A DNA stretch of 64,000 nucleotides from Mobula hypostoma (lineage: Eukaryota). The position numbers were made by a program, and so were the translations under genes. Positions within the stretch are counted from its first letter, which is position 1. Every line of letters starts with the position of its first letter. Of this stretch, positions 48,784 through 61,759 are shown in pieces. The stretch spans positions 92,258,001-92,322,000 of the forward strand of contig NC_086108.1 in the NCBI RefSeq assembly GCF_963921235.1, read 5' to 3'. The notes under the pieces are model-generated. The model saw only the letters and a list, made by a program, of their open reading frames with translations, ran no database searches and was not told where the DNA came from.

Positions 48784-49254
48784 CATGCATATAGCACTTT
48801 CCATTTTGCTTTCAGAAAGTCCTGAAGCCCATTACAGCTATCGGTACATCAGGAGTATGGTCACTATTGTAATATATTGTTATTAATCCTTAATCTCATT
48901 ATTGTTTATAAAACTTCCTATTCCCAAATAAATTGGGGGGAATTCCTGCATCATAACAGGCATTCCATATCAAGAGATGACCATAAATTCCCTTAAGATG
49001 TCTCATGCCTCATATTTTCTTTTTTTGCTTTTTATTATGTGTTAAAACAGATTTGACAGGATTCCAGAAGTGAAGGTGATTGATTAAATTCAGTCTCACA
49101 AAAAGAACAGAATAGTTTTAATCTATTTAACAGTCCTAAAGACAGGAAGCCTAGTGGCTGTCATCCCAATGCCCTCGATGGTTTCTGATGTCTTTTTAAT
49201 CCCCTCTGTCGGCACATGGTCCATATACCTCCATTCTCTGCATTATTTCTTTAT

Positions 49255-49537
49255 TTATTTACTTAGAGATACAGCATGAAACAGGCCCTTCTGGCCCAAT
49301 GAGATGTACCACCCACCAACATACTATTTACTACTAGACAAGACCATTTACAATGACCAATTAACCTATTAACTGGTGCTACTTTGGACTGTGGGAGAAA
49401 ACCAGAGCACTCAGAAGAAGCCCAAGCATTCACTGGAAGAGTGTACAAACTCATTACAGACGGTGCCAGAATTGAACTCTGATCTCCGGAATGCCCCGAG
49501 CTGTAACAGTGTTGCACTAACTGCTACACTAACATGG
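49255..49537 (-). mobile_element. V-domain SINE
   Basis: actttggactgtgggagaaaaccagagcactcagaagaagcccaagca..aattgaactc. Confidence 0.8.
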
Positions 49538-49909
49538 TGTCTCATGTGCCTGTCTAGGAGTCTGTTAAAGACCTCTATCACATCTGACAGCACACTCCTG
49601 GCCCCCACCACTTCCTGTGTCAAAAAGAAACTGCTCCACATATCTCCTTGGAACTTCTCCCCCCGCCTCTTATCTTAAATGCATCCACTCAATGTTAGAC
49701 AATTCAACCTGGAAAATGTCCATCAACACTGTCAAGGGTCCTGCCATCATTTACCGTGCACTTTCCTTCACATTTGAATCTGCAGCTTCAGGCAAACAAA
49801 TGACAACGGAAGATAGAAAAGGAATGCAAAACGAGCAATGTTGCAATAACCATAGGGGACCTCGATATGCAGAGAGATTCGGAAAATCAGGTTTCTGCTG
49901 GATTCCAAG

Positions 49910-51201
49910 AGAGAGAATCTGGGAATCCATTGGCACAGTCAGCTGTGCAGGCCAAGTCATTGGGTATTTAAGGTGGAGGTTGATAGGTTCTTGATTAATC
50001 ATGGTGTGAAATGTTACAGGGAGAAAGTGGGAGGACGGAGTTGAGGCAGATAATAAATCAGGCATGATGCATTTGCGGAGCAATCTCAATGGTCCAAATG
50101 GCCGAAACCTGCTCCTATGCCTTATGGTCTTTTTCCCAGAGCATAAATGGCTAACACAAAGGGCATAACTCTAAGCTATTTTAAGAAAAACATGAGGGGA
50201 GGGAGGACGTCAGAGGAAGTTGATTTTTACACAAAGAGTGCCAGGTGCATGGAATGTGCTGTTGGGAATGGTGATAAGAGGCAGATACATTTTGGACATT
50301 ATAAAAACTCTTGCATAGGCACATGGATGAAAGAAAAAAATGGAGGGCTATGTGGAAGGGAAGGGTTAGATTGATCTTAACATAGGACAGATGGCCGGCA
50401 CAATATCATGAGAAGAAAAGCCTGTACTGTGCTGTACTCTTCTATCTTCTAAGTTCTATGGGATATGCAGATAAGTTTTTCTTACACAGAGAGGTCGGTG
50501 TCTGTAATAGGCTGCCAGGAGTAGTGGTGGATGTAGACACAATAGTGACATTTAAGAGACTTTTCTATAGGCACTAGAATATGCGTAAAACAGAGGGATA
50601 TGGATCATGTACAGGCAGAAGAGATTTTGTTTAATTTAGGATTGTTTCAGGCTCAGACATGGTGAGCTGAAGAGCCTGTCATTGTGCTGTACTCTTTCTC
50701 GTTCTAAGTCCACACTTTCAAATCTCCCTACTTTAAAACAGTGTATCAGGACCAGAGATTCTCGGGCAGTGGCAATATCTAGCTGGGAATCCATGACAGT
50801 TTCTTTCTTGCTTTTCAAGTCAAATTATGACTTTGTATGTCAATGGGGAGTGGAGGAGTTCATTGAAACCAACTGAATATTGAAAGGCCTAGATAGAATG
50901 GACGTGCAGCGGATGTTTCCAGTAGTGGGAGAGTCTAGGATGTCCTATTGGAACAGAGATGAGGAGGAATTCCATTAGCCAGAGTATAGTGAATATATGG
51001 AATTCATTGCCACAGAAGCCTGTGGAGACCAAGTCATTGGCTACATTTAAAGTAGATAGTGATAGGTTCTTGGTTACAGGATGAAGGCAGGAGAATGGGG
51101 TTGAGAAGGAAAGTAAATCAGACAAAATAGAATGGCTGAGCAGACTCAATGGGCCAAATAGCCTAATTCTTCTTCTGTATTTTACAGTCTTATGGTCTTA
51201 T
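49910..51201 (+). mobile_element. Cluster of four same-orientation CR1 3' ends (~49910-50130, 50132-50460, 50462-50708, 50850-51201)
   Basis: Each has an agagtg..tggaat..ctgcc..acatt(t)aa motif series and ends in a cttatggtct or gtactgttcta-type tail. Confidence 0.8.
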
Positions 51202-51240
51202 GCAGGGAATTCCCAAAGAACCAAACAGACTCGGGGACTA

Positions 51241-52058
51241 CACTCAGTAGACACTTTATTAGGTACGCCAATACACCTGCTCGTTTATGCAAATACCTAA
51301 TCCGCTTATCGTGTGGCAGCAATTCAATGCATAAGAGCATGTAGTCACGGTCAAGAGGTTAACTTGTAGTTCAGACCAAACATAAAGATGGGGAAGAAAT
51401 GTGATCCGAGTGACTTGGACTGTGGAATGATTATTGGTGCCAGTCGGGTTGGTTTGAGTATCTCAGAAACTGGGGATCTCCTGGGATTTTGACACACAAC
51501 AGTTTCTAGAGTTTACAGAGAATTGTACACAAAAACAAAAGAACATCCAGCGAGCAGCAGCTTACTTGTTTACTTAGAGACACAGTGCAGAACAGACCCC
51601 TCTGGCCCAATGAACCTCACCGCCTAGCAACCCGCCTATTTTAACCCTAGCCTAATCACAGGGCAATTTCTAATGACCAATTAACCTACCAAATGGTACA
51701 TCTTTGGAATGTGGGAAGAAACTGGAGCACCCAGAGGAAACCTGCGCGTTCATGGGGAGGACGTACAAACGCACTTACAGAAGACGTCAGAATTGAGCTC
51801 CAAACTCCAGAATTCCCCGGGCTAACCACTACATCGCCATGGCGCCCATCAATGAGCAAATATGCCTTGCTAACGAGAGAGGTCAGAGGAGAATAGCCAG
51901 TCTGGTTCAAGCTGAGAGTAACTCAAATAATCACATTGCAATAGTGGGCATAGAAGAGCATCTCTGAAACCACAATACATCGAACCTTGAAGTGAGTGGG
52001 CTACAGCAGCAGAAGACCATGAATATACAGTAGGAACCTAATGATGAGGCCACTGGGT
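51241..52058 (+). mobile_element. Tc1-derived non-autonomous transposon interrupted by a V-SINE (minus, ~51562-51842)
   Basis: TA+cactcagtagacactttattagg ... cctaatgatgaggccactgggtg+TA; same family as 37430-37947. Confidence 0.85.
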
Positions 52059-52093
52059 GTAACTTGGCTGCAGCCATGTTATTAGCAGCCCCT

Positions 52094-52112
52094 CTCCAGC
52101 AGGTGGCAGCAC
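52094..52112 (+). promoter_or_regulatory. Candidate CTCF site
   Basis: CTCCAGCAGGTGGCAGCAC matches consensus CCASYAGRKGGCRS at all positions. Confidence 0.5.
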
Positions 52113-52447
52113 TGCAGTAGCAATGTAAACAAAGGCAAATCTGCCAACTAACAGTGGCGTCTTTGATGTCCCTCACTCTCCACACGCAGTATTGATCTGA
52201 TCATCACCATAGTAACAGCGCTGTCACTCATGACAATAAAAGCCACAATCTTATAACAGTGCACACACCTTTGGTACCTGGGATGATTTGTGACAGAATA
52301 CATTTGTTAACGTTACATCAGCTAAACAATTGTCTTTGCTGCTTAGATGCCACTCAGAATCAGAATCATGTTTTGTACCATTGACATATGTCGTGAAATC
52401 TGTTGTTTTGCAGCAGCAGTACAGTGTAATATATTAATAATTTATAA

Positions 52448-52704
52448 TGTTGCAATGTGTTGAGTATTTAATATTTAGGTAATATTTGAGTGGATTGTAT
52501 ACATAGTGATTGATTAAGCATTCTTGTTTATTTAAACAATTAATTACGGGTTATATGTAAAAATATGTTGATTGCATATATCCTCACGTTATCATGTGAT
52601 ACATGGATGTCTTACTTAAAGTAAACTCAAAGTTAAACTCACGGTTCAGACTCCCGCATCTTCCTTTGAATTAGTTTAATGTTTTGAAGTTACAAAACAT
52701 AACG
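52448..52704 (+). mobile_element. AT-rich solo LTR nested in a minus-strand Rex1/L2-type tail (52354-52860)
   Basis: TGTTG...TAACG termini (CA end mutated), flanked by a 4-bp direct repeat ATAA; host tail continues on both sides. Confidence 0.65.
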
Positions 52705-53062
52705 ATAAGCTGTATAAAAAATATAGAAGTAGTGCAAAAAGAGAGCAAGTAGAGAGTATTGTTTATGGGTTCATGGGCCGTTCAGGGATCCGATGATAAA
52801 GGGGAAGAAGCTATTCATAAAACATTGATTGTGGGTCATCGGGTTCCTGTACCTCTCAGCAAATTTGGAGCAGCCTTGTTGGTCCAGTGGGCTCAGCTTC
52901 ACCATTTATTGATAACAAGAAGGACTTCATAGCCAAAACCATCCTTTCCTTTTGATTCAGATTTATTTATCACGTGCACTTTGAGACATACAGTGAAATG
53001 CATTGTTTGCGTTAACAACCAACACACCTAGGGATGTGTTGGGAGCAGCCCTCAAGTGTCGG

Positions 53063-53665
53063 TGGTGAGTATATTGACTGGCTGCATCACAACCCGATAT
53101 TGAAACACCAGTGCCCTTGAACTGAAAATCCCACAAAATGTAGTAGATATGGCCCAGACCATCATGGATAAAGCCCTCACCACCATTGAGCACATCTACA
53201 CGGAGCGTTGTCACAGGAAAGCAGCGTCCATCATCAGGAACCGCCACCACCCAGGACATGCTCTCTTCTCACTGCTGCCATCAGGAAGAAGGTACAGGAG
53301 CATCAGGACTCTCACCACCAGGTTCGGGAACAGTTATTACCCCTCAACTATCAGGCTCCTGAACCAGAGGGAATGACTTCACTTGCCTCATCACTAAACT
53401 GTTCCCACAATGGACTCATTACAAGAACTCTTCATCTCATGCTCTCAATATCTGTTGCTCACTTTTTATTTTTTTCTCTCTCTCTTTTTGTATTTGCACA
53501 GTTTGTTCTATACTGCACGCTGGTTGCCCACCCTGTTGGTGTGGTCTTTCCTTGATTCTGTTATGGTTATTGTATTTATTGAGTATGTCTGCAAGAAAAT
53601 GAATCTCAGGGTTGTTGCATATGGTGACATGCATATACTTTGATAATAAATTTACTTTAAACTTT
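53063..53665 (+). mobile_element. Rex1/L2-type 3' fragment
   Basis: IEHIYTERCHRKAASIIRNRHHPGHALFSLLPSGRRYRSIRTLTTRFGNSYYPSTIRLLN; tail aataaatttactttaaacttt. Confidence 0.9.
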
Positions 53666-54377
53666 GAAGACACCAGCACAAATATGGCATTCCCGTAATG
53701 CTCAGCAGAAAAATGTAACTCGCAACAAACAAGTAGCAGCAACAACAGCAAAACAAACCTCTTTCCCACCCTCCACTCCCCCACCATCACCACCAGACAC
53801 ACACACAGTCCTCCAGTATCCAGGCTTTGTGACTTCGTTCTGCCCAGGCTTCAACAGAACAGCAAACCTTGCAATGACAACAACAGTAATATTGTCAGCA
53901 CTGCCCATTGCAAAAGTCAAATCAGAAGGCAACTTTAGAACTCGGGAATCTGTAGTCCCAAAGGAAAATAGTGTGGGTGCTGGAATACTCAAGTAAAGAC
54001 ATCAGGACGGGTAGTCAAACAGTGCACACTTTAGGTTGATAACCTCTCAATGGAAGTGAAAAAGTTAGAAGAGCAACATTTATGTCATATATGCACTTTA
54101 TGTATATCTATAGAATATATTTCTATTATTAGTTAATATCTTAGTTAGTATTGTTGTGTTAATATTATTTTATATGCTGCATGTGATGTGTTCTTATACC
54201 TTGCTCCCAGAGGAACACTGTTTCGTTTAGCTGTACACATGTACAGTTGAATGGGAAGGAACTTGAACTTGAATGGAGAAGGGCAGAGAGGACCAAAATG
54301 AAGTGAAGTGACATGAAACAATTCACTTGTGGTAGGAAGAAAACAAATAGAGACAAAAAGACATAAGGGTGCTGGTG

Positions 54378-54487
54378 GAGACGCAAGAGACTCCAGATGC
54401 TGATATCTGAAGCAACAAGCAAGAAGCTGAAGGAACACTGCAGGTCAGGCAGCAGGTGTGGAAGAAACGGATAGTTGATGTTTCAAG
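54378..54487 (-). mobile_element. Penelope-type terminal fragment
   Basis: cagatgctgatatctgaagcaac..aagctgaaggaacactgcaggtcaggcagc..gttgatgtttc. Confidence 0.7.
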
Positions 54488-54490
54488 TTT

Positions 54491-55035
54491 ATCTGTTGCT
54501 GGAAGAGGGTGATACTTCTGAAATGCCTGCTTCACTGCCGTTGCTACTGCGCAATCGAGAATCTCTGGAGGAGAAGGCCCCAAATCCTCGGCTTTGCCGA
54601 TTGCCTGTTGCCAGGGCCAGGGTCGAAGCACTCGGCAGAGATGGTGCTCGGTGCTCGGTGTCGGAGGGCTGGTCGGAGGCTCGAAGTTTTTGGACGGACT
54701 CAAGAGTCGGCTGTGGTCGGGTGCCTCCAGGGTGCTGCATCGGCAAGTTTGCAGTGCTGAAAGTTCATGGCAGGAAGAGAGTTTCTCTTCCTTCTACCGT
54801 CTGCGTGAGATGATGGGACTTTCAAGGGACTTTGAGACTTTTTTTTATCGTGCCCATGGTCTGTTCTTTATCAAATCAAGGTATTGCTTTGCATTGTTGT
54901 AACTATATGTTATAATTATGTGGTTTTTGTCAGTTTTTTTAGTCTTGGTTTGTCTTGTGTTTCTGTGATATCATTCTGGAGGAACATTGTATCATTTCCT
55001 AATGCATGTATTACTAAATGACAATGAAAGAGGAC
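54491..55035 (+). mobile_element. CpG-rich non-autonomous non-LTR element
   Basis: GC/CpG-rich 5' half, T-rich 3' half, end aaatgacaatgaaagaggactgcgtgtcctcataatctaa. Confidence 0.55.
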
Positions 55036-55374
55036 TGCGTGTCCTCATAATCTAAAGGGTGGTAAATAACAAAAACGTGTTTAAGGAGTTGTAAATAAGA
55101 TAAATGAAAAAATAGTGAAGTTAGCAGAAGTGAAGAGAAAAAATGATTGTATATGCTGCAGATATAGGTTACAAGACGAGAGTGGCTGTTTGCCTGAAAC
55201 TATTCGATATAGTTTTGGGTTCTAGTTGCCCTGCTCTCTCAGGGAGTGTGCTATTCCAACAACTCACCCAGAGAAAAACATAATATCTGTGAAATTATTT
55301 TTAGTAATTCATAACCACTAAATTTGGCAAAAAAGGCCTTATCCAATTAATGAATGTTTTTTTTAACAACATCA

Positions 55375-55692
55375 TTACCAAGTTGCCAGACATTCTTCCT
55401 TGTCCCCCCTCCCATCAGGCAGAAGGTACAAAAGTCGTCAGGCTCAAAGACAGCTTCTTGTTATAAGACTATTGAATGATTTTCAAGTACAATAAAATAG
55501 ACTCTTGATCTCAAAATCTACCTCGTTATGACCTTGCAGCTTATTGTCTACCTGCACTGCACTTTCTCTGAAACTGTAACACTCTATTCTCCAACCTCTT
55601 TAATGCTTTCCCTTGTACTGCCTCAATGCACTAGCTATATGAATAGCACGCAAGACAAGATTATCACAGTGCATGTAACAATAATGAACACA
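55375..55692 (+). mobile_element. Rex1/L2-type 3' fragment
   Basis: ccccctcccatcaggcagaaggtac..ggctcaaagacagcttc..gactattgaatg; paralogous to 45950-46312. Confidence 0.7.
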
Positions 55693-57002
55693 TTTATAAA
55701 GTAACCTCACAATAGTGACAAACTTGGAAAGTTAACTTTACAACTGTAGAGTTTTATTTTTCTAGATTTTGGTTATTTTTAGCATCCCTACATTTACTTT
55801 CCCTTTGCAGATCTCTTGCAGCAAATGGTGCACCAGAATGGATTTATAATCAGCCTGAGTTCAAGGAAAAGACCACTGAAACATCTGCAGGCAATTAAAA
55901 AGTAACTACCTTGGACTGCAAAATCCAAGCTGCTTTATTTAGCTACTGTTGGATAATGTTAAACATCTAAGCTGGTCGTGCTCGATGCCAACAAATAGAC
56001 TCTAAGGTGCAAAGATATTCAGATTTCAAGGCTGGCACTCTTCTCTTTAATGAATAAAAAATTCCTGAACAAACATAATCACTGGGGTTTGAGCATTCCT
56101 GAACGCTAACTGACCTTGGTCTTTTCGTTGCAAGCCACCTTCAAAACTCAGCGCACAATTTACACAGAGGATTGTGATTTAGCATGGGTCAAAAGGAGCA
56201 CTTAAAGAAGATTAAATTAGCATGGACAGCTTCTTCAGATCCTTATTAATTTAAAACAGGAACAATCTCTAATGAAAAAAAACATTTCTTTTACTATTCT
56301 GTACACTTATTTTCAGTACCATGCACTTCTTAAGTCAGGTAAAGTCCACTGATACCCACTGTTTACAGCACCTCCAAACAGGTTCCATTGATCAGGACTA
56401 AGTTCTAGGTCTTGGTCTTGTTCTGTAGAACCAGCAATGTTTTTTTCACTGATAAATAATAGAAAAATAAAATAATATAATAACAATATCATAATCAGTA
56501 TCTTTTATATTGTAAAAGTACCTCGGTTTTGACAAGAACTTAACAAATATGCACTTTTTTATTTCCATTAAAGAGTCATTCCCTGGCTTTATAGGTCTTA
56601 AAAATATAGGTCCCGGTACAGATCGATGGAAGTAAGCAGTGGGGACTAGATGGGCTGAATGGCCTGTTTCTGTGCTGTACTTTTCTATGACTCTGTGACT
56701 CCGTTAGGAGGACTCTCGAGTCTCAGAGAATGAGTTCCAACTACAACCTAGCAATTGAGCCCATAATCTTTGTTGTTGCTTTGGTATGACACTACCAGTT
56801 CCAACGAAAAGTTATTAAACTGAAGCATTATCTGTTTTCTCTTCCACATTTACTGCCCAACCTGCTGATAATTTGCTGCATTTTTTGGTTTCTATCATGG
56901 TTTTCCTTCATGCTTTTTGGAGTTTGCATCTGTTAATTGAATAATACTAATTCATTCAGTTTCAGGAGATTTGGTAGGTCACCAAGTGCAAGTGCAAAGT
57001 AC

Positions 57003-57525
57003 TACAGATGAACCGTGGCGAGCAGTTTAATTGGCTGCATCACCATCCGATATTGGGTGAGGTGGGGTGGGGTGGGGTGGGCTGGGGAGGTAAGTTGCAG
57101 AGAGTCAGTTCCATCATGGACACTAGCCTCCATAGTGTCCAGGACATCTTCAAGGAGTGATGCCTCAAAAAGGCAGCATCCTTCATTAAGGATCTCCACC
57201 ACCTTGAACATGCTCTCTTCTCTTTGTTACCATCAGGTAGGAGCTACAGAAGTCTGAAGCCACACACTCAACAATTCAGGAACCGCTTCTTCCCCTCTGC
57301 CATCCGATTACTGAATGGACATTGAACCCATAAACAATACGTCACTACTTTATTATTTCTGTATTTTTGCTCTATTTGTTTCATTTAATTATTTTCTATA
57401 TTATATATATATTTTACTGTAATTCACACTTCTCTCTCTTTATCATATATTGCATTGTACAGCTACTGCAAAATTAACAAATTTCACAACATACGCCAGT
57501 GATATTACACCTGATCTTGTTTCTA
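57003..57525 (+). mobile_element. Rex1/L2-type 3' fragment containing a (GGGGT)n tract
   Basis: ggctgcatcaccatc..gacatcttcaagg..ggcagcatccttcattaagg..ttcttcccctctgccatccgattactgaatgg. Confidence 0.8.
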
Positions 57526-58294
57526 ATTTGTATTATAAATACCATGCATCTTGCTCATGTGTGCACTTGTACAACAAGGCGTTCAGAGTGCTGATCAAAG
57601 TCAATGGATTCACTGAACTTACAACTGCACTTACAACTCAGTCTTGAAGTCACAATTGTTAGTCAAAAGCTCTTACATGTGAGTGAATGAAACCTTAAAA
57701 TGTTAGTATTAAAACCTAATGTATAATTTCTAAAGTTACAGTTTCCTCTTTAATGTACAATTTCAATTCAGAAATAATGATTTTTATAGTAAAAAGCATG
57801 TAGACTTTAGAAAGAGATATGAGACTTTTCAGCTTATTAAATCCTGATGTCACTTTATATTAATCAAGAATGTTTTTTATGGTATTATAAAAACATGAAG
57901 AATATACTTTGAGAAGTTTATGTTATAAATATTCAGTGATATCTTCTGGATCAGGACTCTGAGAAATATACTGATTGTTCATTAAATGAAACTAAATATA
58001 TATTGAGCAGATATAATATAGACAGTAATGCTGCTTTCCAGCTGGTTATAAATATACACTTTTGTTGGATGTGATAAGGCACTACAAAAATATAAGTCTT
58101 CTCATTTAATATGAAATCAATAGCTGGTTGATTATATACTCCTCTAGTCCTCAGCATGTTTCCTTGAATTCTAAAGATGTTCCTGGTTATGAAGGTAGAC
58201 GTTTTCATCATTGAACAGGTCTAGTATAATACATGCACACTACAGGCCAACCAATAGTGATTGCTCATCAAGTAACAGAGAAGCAAGACATCTT

Positions 58295-58600
58295 AAACAT
58301 GAGAAAGTCTGCAGATGCTGGAAATCCAAAAGCAACACACACAAAATGCTGGTCGAACTCAGCAGGTCAGGCGGCATCTACGGAAATGAATAGACAGTCA
58401 ACGTTTTGTGTCAAGACCTTTCTTCAGGACTGAGAAGGAAGATACCAGAATAAAAAGTTGGGGGGGAGGTGAAGCCAGGTGGGTGGGAAAGGTTAAGATC
58501 TGGAGGAGAAGGGAGTGGACTATAGGAGAAAAGGAAGGAGGAGAGGACCCAGGGAGAAGTAATAGGCAGGTGAGAAGAGCTAACAGGTCAGATTGGGGAC
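58295..58600 (-). mobile_element. Older Penelope-like 3' end
   Basis: aagtctgcagatgctggaaatcc..gaactcagcaggtcaggcggcatcta..agtcaacgttttgtgtcaagacctttcttcaggact plus purine-rich tract. Confidence 0.8.
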
Positions 58601-59811
58601 AGAAATGATGTATAAAATTTCAGTGATATAAACAACTTATGTATTAAAAGCACAATAAAAATATACAGATAGGACTAGGAACAAGCATACAGGTAATATA
58701 CAAAACCTCCAACCAAATGTTGAAACAATTCAAATGGTTTCGTTCCCACATTAAAGATATATTTTAAATCCCCATTAATATTATCATCACAGCCACTTTT
58801 TTATCCCTTTCCTGCTCTATTTCAGTAAAATGCTGATTTATGAACTCATAACTGCAATATGAATACATTCTTCGATTTAAATTAGCAACCTGCATGAAAT
58901 TGGGATAGCAGACACAAGCCGCCATGGTTGTCACAACTTATTTCACTACACCAAAACAGTTCTAAATAAATCATCTGTCATCAACACACACACACATGCA
59001 CGCATACTTCCTTTTGCTTATTAAATATAGTGTTAAAAGTTACGTTATGCATTGGTCAGAAAGGAAACTGATACAAGCCATAGGCTATTTCTCTGATGTC
59101 TACACACCAAAGTTTGGTTATATATTTTAACAGACAATAAACGACAGCAGTGGAAAGCAAGAGGTTGACAGGATGAAAATAAAATTCATCCATCATTGCT
59201 AGACTGCTATGAAAAACATACAAAATAACAAGGTAAATCAGTCAAAGTGAAAGAAACTGTGTTTGTTCTAAGTGCACTATATTCTTAACAGTCAGTGATA
59301 AAATGACAACTACATCAATGTCTGCTCACATTCTTCATTGATAGATATCTAGGTTCACTGGGCTGAATTAATGAATGCCTTTCTTTAAATAGAACGAATG
59401 TAATGATCAAAGCTGCCGAGACTGTGTGGCATTTTATTGTTTGTAGTCAAACTCTCTTGTTGAGTGGATTCTGCTGTTGAAAGGACCATACCAAATGGTT
59501 CTACCTCCTTCCCCGACAGCTAATAGTAGGAACTGCTACAAACTGCAGACACTCCTGGCCAAAGAATTGGACTGCACTTGAAACAGTGAGTTATTTGTCC
59601 CGAGTGAATCCACCTTTCCCATTAGGGCAGTGCCAATAGTCATTGGCACCTGAAGAGCTAGCTGTACAGTGGCCTGATTCAGCTGACTGAACAAGAGGTG
59701 GAAGAGAGAGAGAGTGGAGAAGCAATAAGAAACAATAATAAGCAGGAGTGGCAGCTGTCCACTCCTTCAATTTACTTTTTTTTTAAAGATGCAGCACAGT
59801 AACACTCTGCC

Positions 59812-59935
59812 AACCCAGAAGCACACGGAGGAAACCCATGCAGTCATGGGGAGGATATACAGACTCCTTACAGACAGTGGCAGAATTCAGCCTGGGTTGC
59901 TAGCACTGTAGCAGTGTTACACTTGTCACTGTGCT
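59812..59935 (-). mobile_element. V-domain SINE fragment
   Basis: ggaggaaacccatgcagtcatggggaggatatacagactcc. Confidence 0.7.
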
Positions 59936-60019
59936 CCATTGTGGGTCAAGAGGTCCTTCTGTTTGGTGGTGGCATTCTAAGTATGGCTGACTGCAGTACA
60001 ATTAATCGTGAGACAGCGA

Positions 60020-60598
60020 AGTTCATAAGTTCCAAGTTCAAAATAAGTTTATCCTCAAAGTACATATATGTCTCCATATACCATCTCGAGATTCATTTTC
60101 TTGTGGGCATTCACACTAGAACAAATAAATGCAGTAGAGCCAATGAAAAAAACTACACACAAATAAAAACTGACAAGCAACGAATGTCCAAAAGAAAAAC
60201 TGTGCGAGTAATAAAAATGTAAATAAATAAATAAATAGTTAATGAGAACATGAGTTATAGAGTACTTGAACGTGTCCATAGGTTGTGGAATCAGTTCAGA
60301 GTTGAGGTGAGTTAAGTTATCCACACTGGTTCAGGAGTCTTATGGTTGGAAGGTAGCAACTGATCCTCAACCTGGTGGTGTAGGACCTAAAACTCCCATA
60401 CCTCCTTTCTGATGGCAGTAGCAAGGCCTGGACGGTGGGGGTCTTTGATGATGGATGCTGCTATTTTGTGGCAGTGCTCTTTGTAGATGTGCTCAATGGT
60501 GGGGAGGGCTTTGCCCGTGATGGACTGGGCTGTATCCACCACATATGTAGGCTGTTACGTTCTTGAACATTGGTGTTTCCATACCAGGCTGTGATGTA
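60020..60598 (-). mobile_element. Rex1/L2-type 3' fragment
   Basis: YITAWYGN motif in minus ORF 60461-60736; reverse paralog of 53063-53665. Confidence 0.85.
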
Positions 60599-60761
60599 AG
60601 GTAGGTGGGTCAAGTAAATGTACAAAACAAACATTTTGAATGTGAAAATGAGGTACATTTCCAGAAAGTCATTCATGCTGCTAATTTTATTGTCTAAACT
60701 AGTAAGGCCTCTCTCATTGTATGTCCTTGAAACCACTTTCCACCTGGAAAAACTGAGCCTA

Positions 60762-61235
60762 ATAAATCATGTGGCAACAAGCAAAAGCATACAGACATGG
60801 TCAAGAGGTTCAGTTGCTGTTCAAACCAAACATCGGAATGGAGAAGAAATGTGATCCACATGACTTTGACTGTGGAATGATTGTTTGGGCCAGGCGGGGT
60901 GGATTGAGTATCTCAGAAACTGCTGAACTAGGATTCTCACACACAACAGTCTGTGAAGTTTAGACAGAATGATGCCAAAAAAAACACAACAAAAAACAGT
61001 AAGCAGCAGTTCTGTGGGCGAAAAGTCCTTGTTAGTGAGAGGTCAGAGGAGAATGGCCAGATTGGTTCAAGCTGACGGGAGGGCAACAGTAACTCATAAA
61101 GCCACGCATTTACACAGTGGTGTGCAGAAGAACATCACTGAAAGCACAACACATTGAATCTTGAAGTGGATGGGCTACAGCAGCAGAAGATCATGGCAGG
61201 TTCCACAACTGTACCTAATAAAGTGGCTACTGAGC
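60762..61235 (+). mobile_element. Tc1-derived non-autonomous transposon (left end lost)
   Basis: MEKKCDPHDFDCGMIVWARRGGLSISETAELGFSHTTV; right TIR cctaataaagtggctactgag. Confidence 0.85.
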
Positions 61236-61759
61236 ATATATCAGCGATAATAAAGCTAATTCTGACTGTAATTCTATGACGCTGTTGCCTAAGAATAAAA
61301 TGCTTCACAAAGAGATATTTCTTTCAGAGTTCACAATGCTTAAACCTAGTTAACTATAAATGTACTATCTCAGTACAATATCAAAGTGCAGGTGTGTCAG
61401 GTTGGCTGCCTGTTGCTTATCATAAGTTCAGGGCTTCTGATGCTGATCCCTTGCTGGATTAAACAGAGACCTCGCATTCCCCACAGGTAAGTGAAAATGA
61501 GAGAGTAAATTACAACACTCCTCAGCACCATTGGCATAATCACCACTGCTTAGTTTGCCAAGGTTTTAAACTCATGGTGAGTCTAACACACCTTGTTCAG
61601 GCTTTTTGGCAATTTAGCTTTTTTTCTTTGATTATCTTAGACAAATTGGTTCCATATACAGTAGCTCCAAGTTACAGCAGCTTCTGCTACACCAACGTCA
61701 AAATGATGAAATTGCTTTCAACATATGAATGATTTGGATGCAAATGCACAAGGTTTGAT

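Noticed and set aside
55811..55901. Plus-strand exon after a strong acceptor (tttactttccctttgcag)
   Set aside because: No convincing donor and no recognisable peptide; similar lone sites at ~7418, ~20781 and ~61487 cannot be joined into a gene model
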